Shown: positions 25,721 through 35,324, numbered from the stretch's first letter. The stretch is DNA of 64,000 nt from a candidate division Zixibacteria bacterium SM23_73_3 (GCA_001304155.1 LJUX01000003.1:331-64330), one strand, 5' to 3'. Translations and numbers: made by a program. The notes: generated from the sequence alone by a model not told the origin.

Positions 25721-26836
25721 TTGAAAATCAGAGATTATCTGGGGATAGATTCTGAAAAAGAGGCAGAACTAAAAAAGGTAGTTACCTTTTTTCCAGAGAG
25801 TAACATCCACAAACCAAACCAGAAGGAGATGTTCTCTCCTTTTGAGAAGGCAGTAATTGAGAGGATCTTCCCCAGGACAAAGGAAATTTCAAAAGGAACC
25901 ATCCCGTATCCTGCCATAGCCGGAGTTTACCTTTCTTACACATGCAATCATAACTGCTCTGGTTGTCCATGCGGGCACAACCATAAAAGAGAGAATGCCT
26001 TCATGGGCTTAAACGGCTTTTCAAAACTCCTTAATGCCTTGCATTTCTTGAGAGTTAAATTCATCGATCTCTCTGGAGGAGGAGAGCCTACCCTACATCC
26101 TGAATTCAGCAAGTTTGCACAAATGTGTATAAAAGAGAAGTTCGAATTGAGCCTTTTGACCAATGGTACTTCATTTGATCCAAAGATAGTTGACTTTCTG
26201 ATTGAGGGTTTTTCCTTTTTGAGAGTGAATTTAGATGCCAGTAACGATGGGGTTTATGATCGGATTCATCATCCTCCAACTCAGGGAGAGTTCCGGAAGG
26301 TTTTAGGCAATCTGGAAAGGATCGTCTCCCAAAGAGAAAGGAAAAAATCAGATCTGGTCGTGGGGGCCAGAGTTCGGCTGTGCCAAACCAACATGAATTT
26401 CATAGAGGAGATGACCTGTTTAGCGAAAGATATGGGATTAGATTATATACAATTCCGGGTCAACCAGAATGCTTTCGATCCTCTGCTTTCAGAACAAAAG
26501 AGAGAAGTGTACAAGCTTATAAAGGAGCTAAAGAATTCATACCATCCGTTTGAAGTATATGGAGAAATTGAAACTGGGAAGTCTGGCAGGGGATGCTGGC
26601 TTTCTCCACTCCATCTGATTATAGATCCTGTAGGTGATGTCTACCCTTGTCCTCATTTTGTTCAACATCCTGAGATCATCTCTTTTGGCAACATCCTCGC
26701 CTGGCCAGCAGATAGGCTCTGGTTCGGTCCTGTGCACAGAAGAGTAGTTGAACAGTGGAAAAAGAATGATTGCCATCTAAAAGATTGTCGAGGGCACACT
26801 TACAATGATTTCATGCGACTTTCCGCTGGCAGATAG
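25721..26836 (+). CDS. radical SAM protein, unassigned subfamily
   Basis: CNHNCSGCPC (CxxxCxxC). SGGGEPTLHP. C-terminal Cys residues. TTG start with AGGAGG SD. Confidence 0.85.
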   Translation: MKIRDYLGIDSEKEAELKKVVTFFPESNIHKPNQKEMFSPFEKAVIERIFPRTKEISKGTIPYPAIAGVYLSYTCNHNCSGCPCGHNHKRENAFMGLNGFSKLLNALHFLRVKFIDLSGGGEPTLHPEFSKFAQMCIKEKFELSLLTNGTSFDPKIVDFLIEGFSFLRVNLDASNDGVYDRIHHPPTQGEFRKVLGNLERIVSQRERKKSDLVVGARVRLCQTNMNFIEEMTCLAKDMGLDYIQFRVNQNAFDPLLSEQKREVYKLIKELKNSYHPFEVYGEIETGKSGRGCWLSPLHLIIDPVGDVYPCPHFVQHPEIISFGNILAWPADRLWFGPVHRRVVEQWKKNDCHLKDCRGHTYNDFMRLSAGR

Positions 26837-26957
26837 CTACACTTAAGATCGTCCACATCCAGATTACCCCTAAAATTTCCAATCTAAAAAACTTAATCCT
26901 TGTTTATATTTCTGGGAATTGTTATTTTTTATATCGGTTCTGACGCGGAGGGATAAT

Positions 26958-29132
26958 ATGACAAAAAGAATGCGGGTGATTTTCTTTGTTGTATTTCTTT
27001 GGGGCTTTTTATTTTTGGCCTCACAGGCGGAGGAGGGGATGTGGCTTTTGGACTCTGTTGATCGACTACCAATTGACAGTCTGAAAGCTCTGGGACTCAA
27101 GCTGGATCCAGAAGAGATATATAATCCAAAAGGCGGCGGGATCGCAGATGCTGTAGTTAGAGTCGGTGGCGGAACCGGCTCCTTTGTTTCCCCTAAAGGA
27201 CTAATCATAACTAATCACCATGTGGCCTTCACCGCTGTCCAGAGGCAGAGCATACCGGAGCATAATTATCTGAAAGCTGGGTTTTACGCCCAAACCAGAG
27301 AGCAGGAGCTTCCCGCGATCGGATATGACGTATATGTCACCAAGTCGTTTGAGAATGTGAGCCAGAAAGTTTTGAGCAGAGTAAACGAGAAGATGAGCGG
27401 CCTGGAAAGATATGAGGCAATCGAAAAGATCTCCAAAAAGATCATCCGAGAAGCTGAGAAGGATAAAGATGTAAAGTGTAAGGTGGTGAGCATGTATGGA
27501 GGGAGTCAATATTATCTGTTCACATATTTTAAGATAAGGGACGTTAGATTGACATATGTACCACCCAGCTCTATCGGAGATTACGGCGGGGAAATAGATA
27601 ACTGGATGTGGCCCCGGCATGCCGGTGATTTTGCTTTCCTTCGGGCTTACGTGGCTCCGGACGGAAAATCGGCGGATTACTCTAAAGAAAACGTACCCTA
27701 TGATTCGAAGATCTATCTGAAGCTTTCTTCATCCGGAATAAAGGATGGGGATTTTGTCATGCTGATCGGCTTTCCGGGAACAACCAAACGCTATGAAAGC
27801 TCTTTTTCCATCGATAAGATGGTAAATCATGATTATCCTAAAGACATCAAAACTCGCCAGGAGGTGATCTCCATCCTGGAGAAAGCTTCTGAAGAGGATT
27901 CCTTGGTTGCCATAAAGTTATCCTCTCGAATTAAAGGCCTAAATAATTATCTCAAAAAGAATCAAGGGATGCTGGAAGGATTCAAAAGAGCTCTAATTCT
28001 GCAAAAAAAGATTGAGGAGGAAAAATCGCTCACTGAATTTTTGGATGAAAATCCGAAGCTTAAGAAAAAATACAGACACGTTCTTCCTGAGCTGGACAGT
28101 TTGTTCAACGAATATAAAAAATTCCAGGGTAAGGAATTTATTATAGACTGGATGACCTTTCGTTGTGATTTTTTAGATTTCGCTTCCACCATCTATAAGT
28201 TGAGTTTAGAAAAAAAGAAAAAGGATGATGTCAGAGAGCCCGGCTATCAAGACCGAGATACCTTAGAGATAAAAGAAAAGCTGGAAGATGCCCAGGTGAA
28301 TTTAGTTCCCTCCGCAGATAGAGAAGTTTTCCTCTACTTTTTTAAAAAAGCCCTTCAGCTCCCCTCTGGTCTGAAAATTGGAGCCATAGAGAAGATTTTT
28401 GATGAAAGAAAAGATCAGAACAAAAACACAATCTTAAAAAAGTTCGTTGATAATCTTTACCAGAAAACCCAACTTGGTTCCTTGGAAAAGAGGCTGAAGA
28501 TGTTCGGCATGAGTAGAGAGGAGCTGGAGAGACTGAACGATCCCTTTATTGATTTTGCTTCCCAGTTAGAGGTAGAGAGAGAAGAGTTAAGGAGGAAGAA
28601 AAAGGAGCTCTCCGGCACTCTTACCAGACTGGAGCCGAAATTGATTCAGGCTTATGCTGGGTGGAAGAAAAAGAAACTATACCCGGATGCTAACAGGACC
28701 ATGCGTTTCAACTATGGGAAGGTTGAGGGTTACATTCCCCAAGATGCGGTCAGCTTTCGCCATATAACCACTCTGACCGGAGTGATAGAAAAAGACACCG
28801 GTCAGGAGCCCTTTGATGTTCCTGAGGAGCTTGAGGAGGTATATTCTAAAAAGGATTTCGGCTCATATTTTGATGAATTGATAGGAGATGTTCCAGTTAA
28901 TTTTCTTTCCACCAATGATATCACCAATGGCAATTCCGGTAGCCCGGTGATGAATGGTAAAGGGGAGTTGGTCGGATTGGCTTTCGACGGAAACTACGAA
29001 AGCATAAGTGCAGATTATCTGTTCGAGCCTGAACTCACCCGGGCGATCAACGTGGATGTCCGCTATGCTCTTTTTCTTTTAGATAAGGTTTATCACGCAG
29101 AGGGTCTGCTCAAAGAACTTTCCATCCATTAG
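26958..29132 (+). CDS. S46 family dipeptidyl-peptidase (DPP7/DPP11-like)
   Basis: Signal peptide then the EEGMWLLD motif. TNHHV (His). GNSGSPV (Ser). Start at ATG 26958 with GGAGGG SD. Confidence 0.9.
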   Translation: MTKRMRVIFFVVFLWGFLFLASQAEEGMWLLDSVDRLPIDSLKALGLKLDPEEIYNPKGGGIADAVVRVGGGTGSFVSPKGLIITNHHVAFTAVQRQSIPEHNYLKAGFYAQTREQELPAIGYDVYVTKSFENVSQKVLSRVNEKMSGLERYEAIEKISKKIIREAEKDKDVKCKVVSMYGGSQYYLFTYFKIRDVRLTYVPPSSIGDYGGEIDNWMWPRHAGDFAFLRAYVAPDGKSADYSKENVPYDSKIYLKLSSSGIKDGDFVMLIGFPGTTKRYESSFSIDKMVNHDYPKDIKTRQEVISILEKASEEDSLVAIKLSSRIKGLNNYLKKNQGMLEGFKRALILQKKIEEEKSLTEFLDENPKLKKKYRHVLPELDSLFNEYKKFQGKEFIIDWMTFRCDFLDFASTIYKLSLEKKKKDDVREPGYQDRDTLEIKEKLEDAQVNLVPSADREVFLYFFKKALQLPSGLKIGAIEKIFDERKDQNKNTILKKFVDNLYQKTQLGSLEKRLKMFGMSREELERLNDPFIDFASQLEVEREELRRKKKELSGTLTRLEPKLIQAYAGWKKKKLYPDANRTMRFNYGKVEGYIPQDAVSFRHITTLTGVIEKDTGQEPFDVPEELEEVYSKKDFGSYFDELIGDVPVNFLSTNDITNGNSGSPVMNGKGELVGLAFDGNYESISADYLFEPELTRAINVDVRYALFLLDKVYHAEGLLKELSIH

Positions 29133-29155
29133 TCAGACAAAATTATGGAGTTAGT

Positions 29156-29716
29156 ATGAGGATTGGATTCATTATTTACCCCCGCATGACAGCACTGGAC
29201 TTTGTCGGTGTGTATGATCCCTTGACCCGGCTCAAGAGCATGGGGTTTATGCCGCAGTTGCGATGGGAGATCTGTGCGTATTCCTTGGAGGTAAGGGATG
29301 GTGCCGGGCTTGGCTTTGTGCCAACCAAAGTAAGAGAGCCTTTGCACGCGTATGACATGATAATTGTGCCGGGCGGATTTGGTTCCAGAAAGTTGATCGA
29401 TGATAAGAATTTCATTAAATGGCTTAAAACTGCGGAACCCTGCCGATTAAAAGTGTCGGTATGTACTGGATCTCTCTTGTTGGGGGCGGCAGGCTTTCTG
29501 AAAGGGAAAAAAGCTACCACTCATCTTAGTGCATTTGATGAGCTTCGTAGGTTCTGTTCGTCGGTGGTGGATGAGAGAATCATAGATGAAGGTGATGTCA
29601 TTACTGCAAGAGGTGTCACTTCCTCCATCGACTTAGGATTGTATCTTTGTGAAAAGCTGGCGAGTCTCCAAGCTAAGGAACAAATCCGTCAACAGATGGA
29701 TTATCAGCATTTATAA
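29156..29716 (+). CDS. DJ-1/PfpI family protein
   Basis: Nucleophile elbow VCTGSLLLGAAGFLKGKKATTH. Length 186 aa. Confidence 0.88.
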   Translation: MRIGFIIYPRMTALDFVGVYDPLTRLKSMGFMPQLRWEICAYSLEVRDGAGLGFVPTKVREPLHAYDMIIVPGGFGSRKLIDDKNFIKWLKTAEPCRLKVSVCTGSLLLGAAGFLKGKKATTHLSAFDELRRFCSSVVDERIIDEGDVITARGVTSSIDLGLYLCEKLASLQAKEQIRQQMDYQHL

Positions 29717-29951
29717 TGGCTAAAGTCGGCTAATAGAGCATTCACCTTATTTTTCTTGCCTTAAAGCCCATCTTGTAACTTCAAGCTGTAAAGTTTAAAG
29801 CCTTCGAGTCGATACAATTAATAGAGGGAAGGCACCAACAGATCTGCTTGTGAACAGAAAGAAGCCCGAAAATTAAGACAGCACGAAATAGGCAAGAAGC
29901 TTGAATATGATGTTGGACAACGGATTAGCTTAAGGCCAACCCAGGATTAGT

Positions 29952-29969
29952 TGTGCAAACATTTGCACA
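29952..29969 (+). promoter_or_regulatory. perfect inverted repeat TGTGCAAA-ca-TTTGCACA abutting the flgM-like SD
   Basis: 8-bp arms. It ends at the first base of AGGAGAAG, 13 nt before GTG 29982. Confidence 0.3.
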
Positions 29970-29981
29970 GGAGAAGAGAGA

Positions 29982-30287
29982 GTGCTATCCTCCAGCGAAA
30001 AAGAAGAATTCGAGGAAAAAAGGGAGAGCATTTTTAGGTTGTCCTCAAACAAAAAGACCGGGAAAAAGATAAGTCATATCTTACCCCGATCAAAACGTCA
30101 GAATCAAAATACGGATAAACATACCTCAGATGGGATAACAGAAAAGGCTGGGCTTTCCGATGATTCATCTCCCATTCGAAAAGAAAAGGTGAAAGAGGCA
30201 AAGACAAAAAAAGAAAATGGGGATTACGATAGCCAGGAGATTTACCAAAAGATCGCAGATAGGCTAATGGACTTGTTTGGAATCTGA
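29982..30287 (+). CDS. flgM: anti-sigma28 factor FlgM-like protein
   Basis: C-terminal RKEKVKEAKTKKENGDYDSQEIYQKIADRLMDLF parallels B. subtilis FlgM [32 protein letters not shown]. About 100 aa, with a polar disordered N-terminus. Confidence 0.65.
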   Translation: MLSSSEKEEFEEKRESIFRLSSNKKTGKKISHILPRSKRQNQNTDKHTSDGITEKAGLSDDSSPIRKEKVKEAKTKKENGDYDSQEIYQKIADRLMDLFGI

Positions 30288-30528
30288 TGATCATTGGCAG
30301 GTTATTCAGGTTTTGTATGGATCAAAAGACATAAAACCCCATTTTATTGAGAAGGTATAGAAATATATTTTTGTGGTAGCAACCTTCAGTAGTCATCGGA
30401 AGATGAACTTCAGGGTAAGAAGCTTGACTTTTCAACACTAAGCCTTGAGACTCAATGTGAGGGGAGTTAACTCTAAAGACCTCCCAAACCCGCAAACCAG
30501 GGCTTTTTGAGATTGGTTCAATAAAATC

Positions 30529-30557
30529 TTGACAAAATAAACGTAAAGAAATATATT
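30529..30557 (+). promoter_or_regulatory. sigma70-type promoter upstream of tRNA-Val
   Basis: TTGACA, 17-nt spacer, TATATT. About 85 nt upstream of the tRNA. Confidence 0.55.
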
Positions 30558-30642
30558 GAGTTCGGCCTAAGATAATGGATCATAGGCTGGAAGTTAAAGG
30601 ACACAAACAAACCTCGATTGTAAACGCTGATTTTATTTTTTC

Positions 30643-30719
30643 GGGCGATTAGCTCAGTCGGTTAGAGTACTTGCTTGACATGCAAGGGGTCACTGGTTCG
30701 ATTCCAGTATCGCCCACCA
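30643..30719 (+). tRNA. tRNA-Val (anticodon GAC), CCA encoded
   Basis: Cloverleaf: GGGCGAT/ATCGCCC acceptor stem, CTTGC-TTGACAT-GCAAG anticodon arm, ACTGG-TTCGATT-CCAGT T-arm, 3' ACCA. Confidence 0.95.
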
Positions 30720-30794
30720 TTTGAGCGAATAGGGTTGATGTTTAATTTTTCCTAATAAATCTTCTTAATACCAGATGAGCTGGCAGGATGATTC

Positions 30795-30822
30795 CGCCCC
30801 AAAAGGTACGGGGTGATTTTTT
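30795..30822 (+). terminator. terminator-like hairpin 24 nt upstream of thrS
   Basis: CGCCCC-(9 nt)-GGGGTG, then A and TTTTTT. It could terminate the tRNA transcript or attenuate thrS. Confidence 0.5.
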
Positions 30823-30846
30823 ATAGCGGTATGCAAGGAGTAGTCC

Positions 30847-32784
30847 ATGGCAGATAAAGTATCGGTGGTTCTACCTGACGGATCGAAAAAAGAATATTCA
30901 GCCGGAATGGCGATTTCTCAAATCTTGCGGGATTTCAATCAAGCTCTGGCTAAGGGTGCGCTGGCCACGTTTTTGAATGGTCGGATGGTAGATTTGTCGG
31001 AAAAGGTACAGGAGGATTCAGAAATCAAGATAATCAACTTCGATTCTGAAGAAGGGAAAGAGATTTTCTGGCACAGCACTTCGCACGTTATGGCTCAGGC
31101 AGTGCAAGACCTTTTCCCGGGTGTGAAATTAGCCATCGGACCTCCGATAAAAGGAGGGTTCTATTATGATTTTGATACCCAAAAGTCATTTGAGCCCGAA
31201 GATTTAGCAAGAATTGAGCTGAGGATGAAAGAGATTGTAAAACAGAATCACCCCTTCAAAAGAAGAGAACTTGCCAAGTCGGAAGCAGAGGAGATTTTCA
31301 GACAGAAAGGGGAGAATTATAAGCTGGAGATACTTTCTGAGTTGGAGGAGGATAGGGTGGTTCTGTATCAGCACGATGATTTTGTGGATCTATGTCGGGG
31401 ACCGCACGTTCCCGCCACCGGAGTTATCAAAAACTTCAAGCTCTTAAGTATAGCCGGAGCCTACTGGAAAGGATCTGAGAAAAATCCCATGCTCCAACGC
31501 ATCTATGGTATCTCCTTTGCCACAAAAGATGAGCTGGACCAATATCTTAAAAGAATGGAGGAGATGAAAAGAAGGGATCATCGGGTGGTGGGAAAGGAAT
31601 TGGAGCTTTTTTCGATTTCGGATGAGGTGGGACCCGGACTGGTGCTATGGCATCCCAAAGGTGCCATGATTCGGAGGATCATTGAGGACTTTTGGGTAGA
31701 GGAACATCAGAAGCATGGTTATCAGTTGATCTACACTCCTCATGTAGCTCGACTGCATCTGTGGGAGAGGAGTGGTCATACTGGATTCTATCAGGAATAC
31801 ATGTATTCACCCATGCAGGTGGAAGATGAGCACTACCAGCTCAAGCCGATGAATTGCCCCTTTCACATCCTTATCTATAAGTCTAAGCTCAGAAGTTATA
31901 GAGACCTTCCCCTTAAACTGGCTGAGTTGGGCGCCTGCTATCGGTATGAGCGTTCCGGGGTGTTGCAGGGGCTTTTTCGGGTGAGAGGTTTTACCATGGA
32001 CGATGCTCATATATTCTGTAAACGGGAGCAGCTGGAGGAGGAGGTCATCAAGCTTTTGGATTTCTCGCTCTCCATGCTGAAAACCTTAAGTTTCGAAAAG
32101 TATCAGATATTTTTGTCAACACGTCCAGATAAATCCATAGGGGAAGAGAAAAACTGGGAAAAAGCTCAGGATGCTCTGAGACTGGCTTTGGAAAAACAAG
32201 AACTTGAGTTCGAAGTGGATGAGGGGGGTGGTGCCTTCTATGGTCCCAAGATCGATTTGAAAATCGAAGATGTCATGGGAAGACCTCATCAATGCACCAC
32301 CATCCAGTTTGATTTCAACATCCCGGAGAGATTTGATCTTTCCTTTGTGGATTCAGATGGGAACTTTCACCGACCCATCATGATTCATCGAGCTTTGTTG
32401 GGATCGCTGGAGCGATTCTTTGGAGTTCTGATTGAACATTATGGGGGGGCATTCCCCCTGTGGCTTTCTCCAGTGCAGGTTCGGGTGATGCCCATCACCG
32501 ATGAACAAAATTCGTATTCTGCCGAAATAGAAAGTAGATTGAAAGAAGAGGGCTTTCGGGTGGAGAGAGATGATAGAAACGAAAAGATAAATTACAAAAT
32601 AAGAAAGGCAGAAAAGGAAAAGATACCGTATATGTTTATTGTGGGTAAAAAGGAGGTTCAGGACAAAAACGTTTCGGTGAGAAGACATAAAAAAGGAGAT
32701 TTAGGTCGGTTCGATTTAGATGAAATCATCCAGAAGTTGAAAGAAGAGGTAAAGAACAAAACTGTACAGCCCGTAGCCATCTAA
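30847..32784 (+). CDS. thrS: threonine--tRNA ligase
   Basis: TGS + editing + class II core. HRDLPLKLAELGACYRYERSG and FTMDDAHIFC motifs. 645 aa. Confidence 0.97.
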   Translation: MADKVSVVLPDGSKKEYSAGMAISQILRDFNQALAKGALATFLNGRMVDLSEKVQEDSEIKIINFDSEEGKEIFWHSTSHVMAQAVQDLFPGVKLAIGPPIKGGFYYDFDTQKSFEPEDLARIELRMKEIVKQNHPFKRRELAKSEAEEIFRQKGENYKLEILSELEEDRVVLYQHDDFVDLCRGPHVPATGVIKNFKLLSIAGAYWKGSEKNPMLQRIYGISFATKDELDQYLKRMEEMKRRDHRVVGKELELFSISDEVGPGLVLWHPKGAMIRRIIEDFWVEEHQKHGYQLIYTPHVARLHLWERSGHTGFYQEYMYSPMQVEDEHYQLKPMNCPFHILIYKSKLRSYRDLPLKLAELGACYRYERSGVLQGLFRVRGFTMDDAHIFCKREQLEEEVIKLLDFSLSMLKTLSFEKYQIFLSTRPDKSIGEEKNWEKAQDALRLALEKQELEFEVDEGGGAFYGPKIDLKIEDVMGRPHQCTTIQFDFNIPERFDLSFVDSDGNFHRPIMIHRALLGSLERFFGVLIEHYGGAFPLWLSPVQVRVMPITDEQNSYSAEIESRLKEEGFRVERDDRNEKINYKIRKAEKEKIPYMFIVGKKEVQDKNVSVRRHKKGDLGRFDLDEIIQKLKEEVKNKTVQPVAI

Positions 32785-32913
32785 ATGAAAACGAAAATAT
32801 CTCTGGAGCAGATTTTTAAAACCTGCTGCTTTTTGAGGATCAAGATTTCTGTGGGAATTTCTGAAAGAATTTCTTCAGAGATACGAAGAGGTTGAGAAAG
32901 GAGGTGAGCTTCA

Positions 32914-33450
32914 ATAAGAGCCAAGGAGATCAGGGTTAATCGAAGAATTCGGTTTTCCCAGGTGAGGGTTATTGGAGAAGACGGCGAACAGATAGGAATC
33001 ATGCCCACCAGAGACGCTATCAAGTTGGCAGGGGAAAGGGGGTATGATCTGGTGGAGATTTCTCCAAGAGCCAGACCGCCGGTTTGTAAGATAATGGATT
33101 ATGGGAAATACAAATACGAGCTTGCCAAGAAGGCAAAAGATGCCAAGAAAAAGCAGCGTTTCTTACAACTGAAGGAGATGCGCTTCAGACCCAAAACCGA
33201 GGATCATGATTACACCTTCAAGATGAGACATGTTCGGGAATTTTTGACCCAGGGCAGCAAGGTGAAGATCATGGTGGTGTTCAGGGGACGGGAAAGAGCT
33301 CATGTGGAATTCGGTTATAAGATTTTGGATAAACTAAAAGTCGACCTTTCTGATGTGGGGGAGCCAGCGCTCACACCCAGAATGGAGGGACGGAACCTGA
33401 CTTTAACCTTTTTGCCCAAAACACCGGAGAAGGGCTCGGCCTCACCATAA
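32914..33450 (+). CDS. infC: translation initiation factor IF-3, apparent ATA start
   Basis: The conserved VNRRIRFSQVRVIGEDGEQIGIM lies upstream of the ORF-track GTG 32962. The in-frame stop is at 32905-07. The only initiator-like codons are ATA 32914, ATC 32929 and ATT 32947. AAAGGAGGTGA lies at 32897-32907. Confidence 0.85.
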   Translation: MRAKEIRVNRRIRFSQVRVIGEDGEQIGIMPTRDAIKLAGERGYDLVEISPRARPPVCKIMDYGKYKYELAKKAKDAKKKQRFLQLKEMRFRPKTEDHDYTFKMRHVREFLTQGSKVKIMVVFRGRERAHVEFGYKILDKLKVDLSDVGEPALTPRMEGRNLTLTFLPKTPEKGSASP

Positions 33451-33550
33451 AGCGCACAACGGTCCGTCGTAGGTATTTTTTTGTTAACAGCTCAATGCAA
33501 TGAGTTAACGTATATTGTTAAACATCTAAGGAAGATGGAGGGATGGTTAA

Positions 33551-33745
33551 TTGCCCAAGATAAAGACAAATAGAGCTGCAGCCAAAAGATTTAAAAAGAC
33601 AAGCAAGGGAAAGTTCAAAAGAAGCAAAGCCTTCAAAGGACATCTTTTGAGTAAGAAGAATGCCAAAAGAAAAAGAAGATTACGGAAGGCGGGATTGGTT
33701 AATAAAGCTGATGAAAACAAGGTAAGAAGGCTATTAGCCAGCTAA
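33551..33745 (+). CDS. rpmI: 50S ribosomal protein L35
   Basis: [20 protein letters not shown] start after GGAGGGATGG. Confidence 0.95.
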   Translation: MPKIKTNRAAAKRFKKTSKGKFKRSKAFKGHLLSKKNAKRKRRLRKAGLVNKADENKVRRLLAS

Positions 33746-33756
33746 GGAGGATTCTG

Positions 33757-34116
33757 ATGCCCAGAGCAACAAATACAGTGGCTTCGCGAGCAAGAAGGAA
33801 GAAGATCCTGAAAGCCGCAAGAGGATATTACGGAGGCAGAAGCAAACTCTACCGCACAGCCAAGGAATCGGTGCAACGAGGGCTGGCTTATGCCTATGTG
33901 CATAGAAGAAGAAAAAAGAGAGATTTCCGTCGGCTCTGGATAGTGCGGATCAATGCCGCCGCAAGACTTTCTGGACTTTCATACAGCCTGTTTATTAATG
34001 GTTTGAAGAGAGCGGGGGTGATTTTAGATCGTAAGATTCTGGCAGATATGGCTGTTCGAGATAAAGAGGGCTTCGCCAAATTAGCTGAGCTGGCTTCAAA
34101 ATCCAAAACCAGTTAG
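33757..34116 (+). CDS. rplT: 50S ribosomal protein L20
   Basis: [42 protein letters not shown]. Confidence 0.97.
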   Translation: MPRATNTVASRARRKKILKAARGYYGGRSKLYRTAKESVQRGLAYAYVHRRRKKRDFRRLWIVRINAAARLSGLSYSLFINGLKRAGVILDRKILADMAVRDKEGFAKLAELASKSKTS

Positions 34117-34286
34117 AAAGCTAAAGATAACTGATCTGGAATAACTTTTTATAAATTCTCTATGTGGTCTTTGCAGCCCACTTCTGGAGTATTCCAAAAC
34201 TTCTGCCTTCTGAGAGTTAAGTTAGCCAGTTTCTAAGAATCTGGTGTAGAGCACCAAAAGTTTAAAAGCTTAGTTTTTTTTCTGTT

Positions 34287-35324
34287 ATGCCGAGTGCAAA
34301 CAAATTCGAACAGGACCTCAAGCAGACACAAAAGGAGGCTCTTCTGACCATAGAGCAGACCAGCGAGCTGGAGGGATTGGAACAGATAAGAATTAAGTAT
34401 TTAGGTAGGAGAGGAATCATCACCTCCCTTCTTAAAAGCTTAAAAGATCTCCCTGAAAAGGAGCGTCCAGCTTTAGGTAAATTGTCAAATCAGATCAAAA
34501 GTCAGGTGGAGCAGGTCCTCATTAAGAGGATAAAGGAGCAGAAGGAACAGGAGGCTGTCGGAGGTAAGGGAGAGGGGTTCTTCGATTATACTCTTCCCGG
34601 AAGGAAAGGATGGGAGGGGAGAGCACATCCACTCACCCAGATAAATGAAAAGATTGTGAAGATCTTTTATGGGATGGGATTTGAGGTAGCCAAGGGTCCG
34701 GATGTGGAGACAGACTATTACAACTTCTCCGCTCTTAACTTTCCCTTGGACCATCCAGCCAGAGACATGCAGGATACCTTCTACCTAAAAGGTGATCTCC
34801 TCCTCCGTACCCACACCTCCCCGGTTCAGGTGAGGGTATTCGAGAAAAGGAAACCACCGATCAGGATCATCACTCCGGGAAGATGTTATCGAAACGAAGC
34901 CATAAACGCTCGAAGCTTTTGCACCTTTCTTCAGGTGGAAGGATTTTATGTGGACACCGATGTCACCTTTGCCGACCTCAAAGGGGTTCTCTCTGCTTTT
35001 GTGTGGGAGTTGTTCGGCAAGGATGTGGCTTTAAGATTCAGAGCCAGCTTTTTCCCTTTCACCGAGCCCTCAGCTGAGGTGGACATCTCCTGTGTGATCT
35101 GTGGAGGGAAAGGTTGCAGTGTATGCAAGCACAGAGGATGGCTGGAGATTTTGGGGGCCGGTATGATCGATCCAGAGGTGTTCAAAACGGTGGGCTATGA
35201 TCCGGAGAAATACTCAGGCTATGCCTTCGGCATGGGGGTGGATCGGATTGCCATGTTGAAATATCAGATTGACGACATCCGACTCTTCTACGAAGATGAT
35301 CTGAAGTTTTTGAGGCAATTTTAA
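34287..35324 (+). CDS. pheS: phenylalanine--tRNA ligase alpha subunit
   Basis: HPARDMQDTFY, FRASFFPFTEPS and GMGVDRIAML motifs. Confidence 0.97.
   Translation: MPSANKFEQDLKQTQKEALLTIEQTSELEGLEQIRIKYLGRRGIITSLLKSLKDLPEKERPALGKLSNQIKSQVEQVLIKRIKEQKEQEAVGGKGEGFFDYTLPGRKGWEGRAHPLTQINEKIVKIFYGMGFEVAKGPDVETDYYNFSALNFPLDHPARDMQDTFYLKGDLLLRTHTSPVQVRVFEKRKPPIRIITPGRCYRNEAINARSFCTFLQVEGFYVDTDVTFADLKGVLSAFVWELFGKDVALRFRASFFPFTEPSAEVDISCVICGGKGCSVCKHRGWLEILGAGMIDPEVFKTVGYDPEKYSGYAFGMGVDRIAMLKYQIDDIRLFYEDDLKFLRQF

Noticed and set aside
30720-30846. T-box riboswitch upstream of thrS.
   Set aside because: The leader is only 127 nt and lacks the conserved T-box sequence (AAUUAGGGUGGUACCGCG-like) and the specifier-loop architecture.
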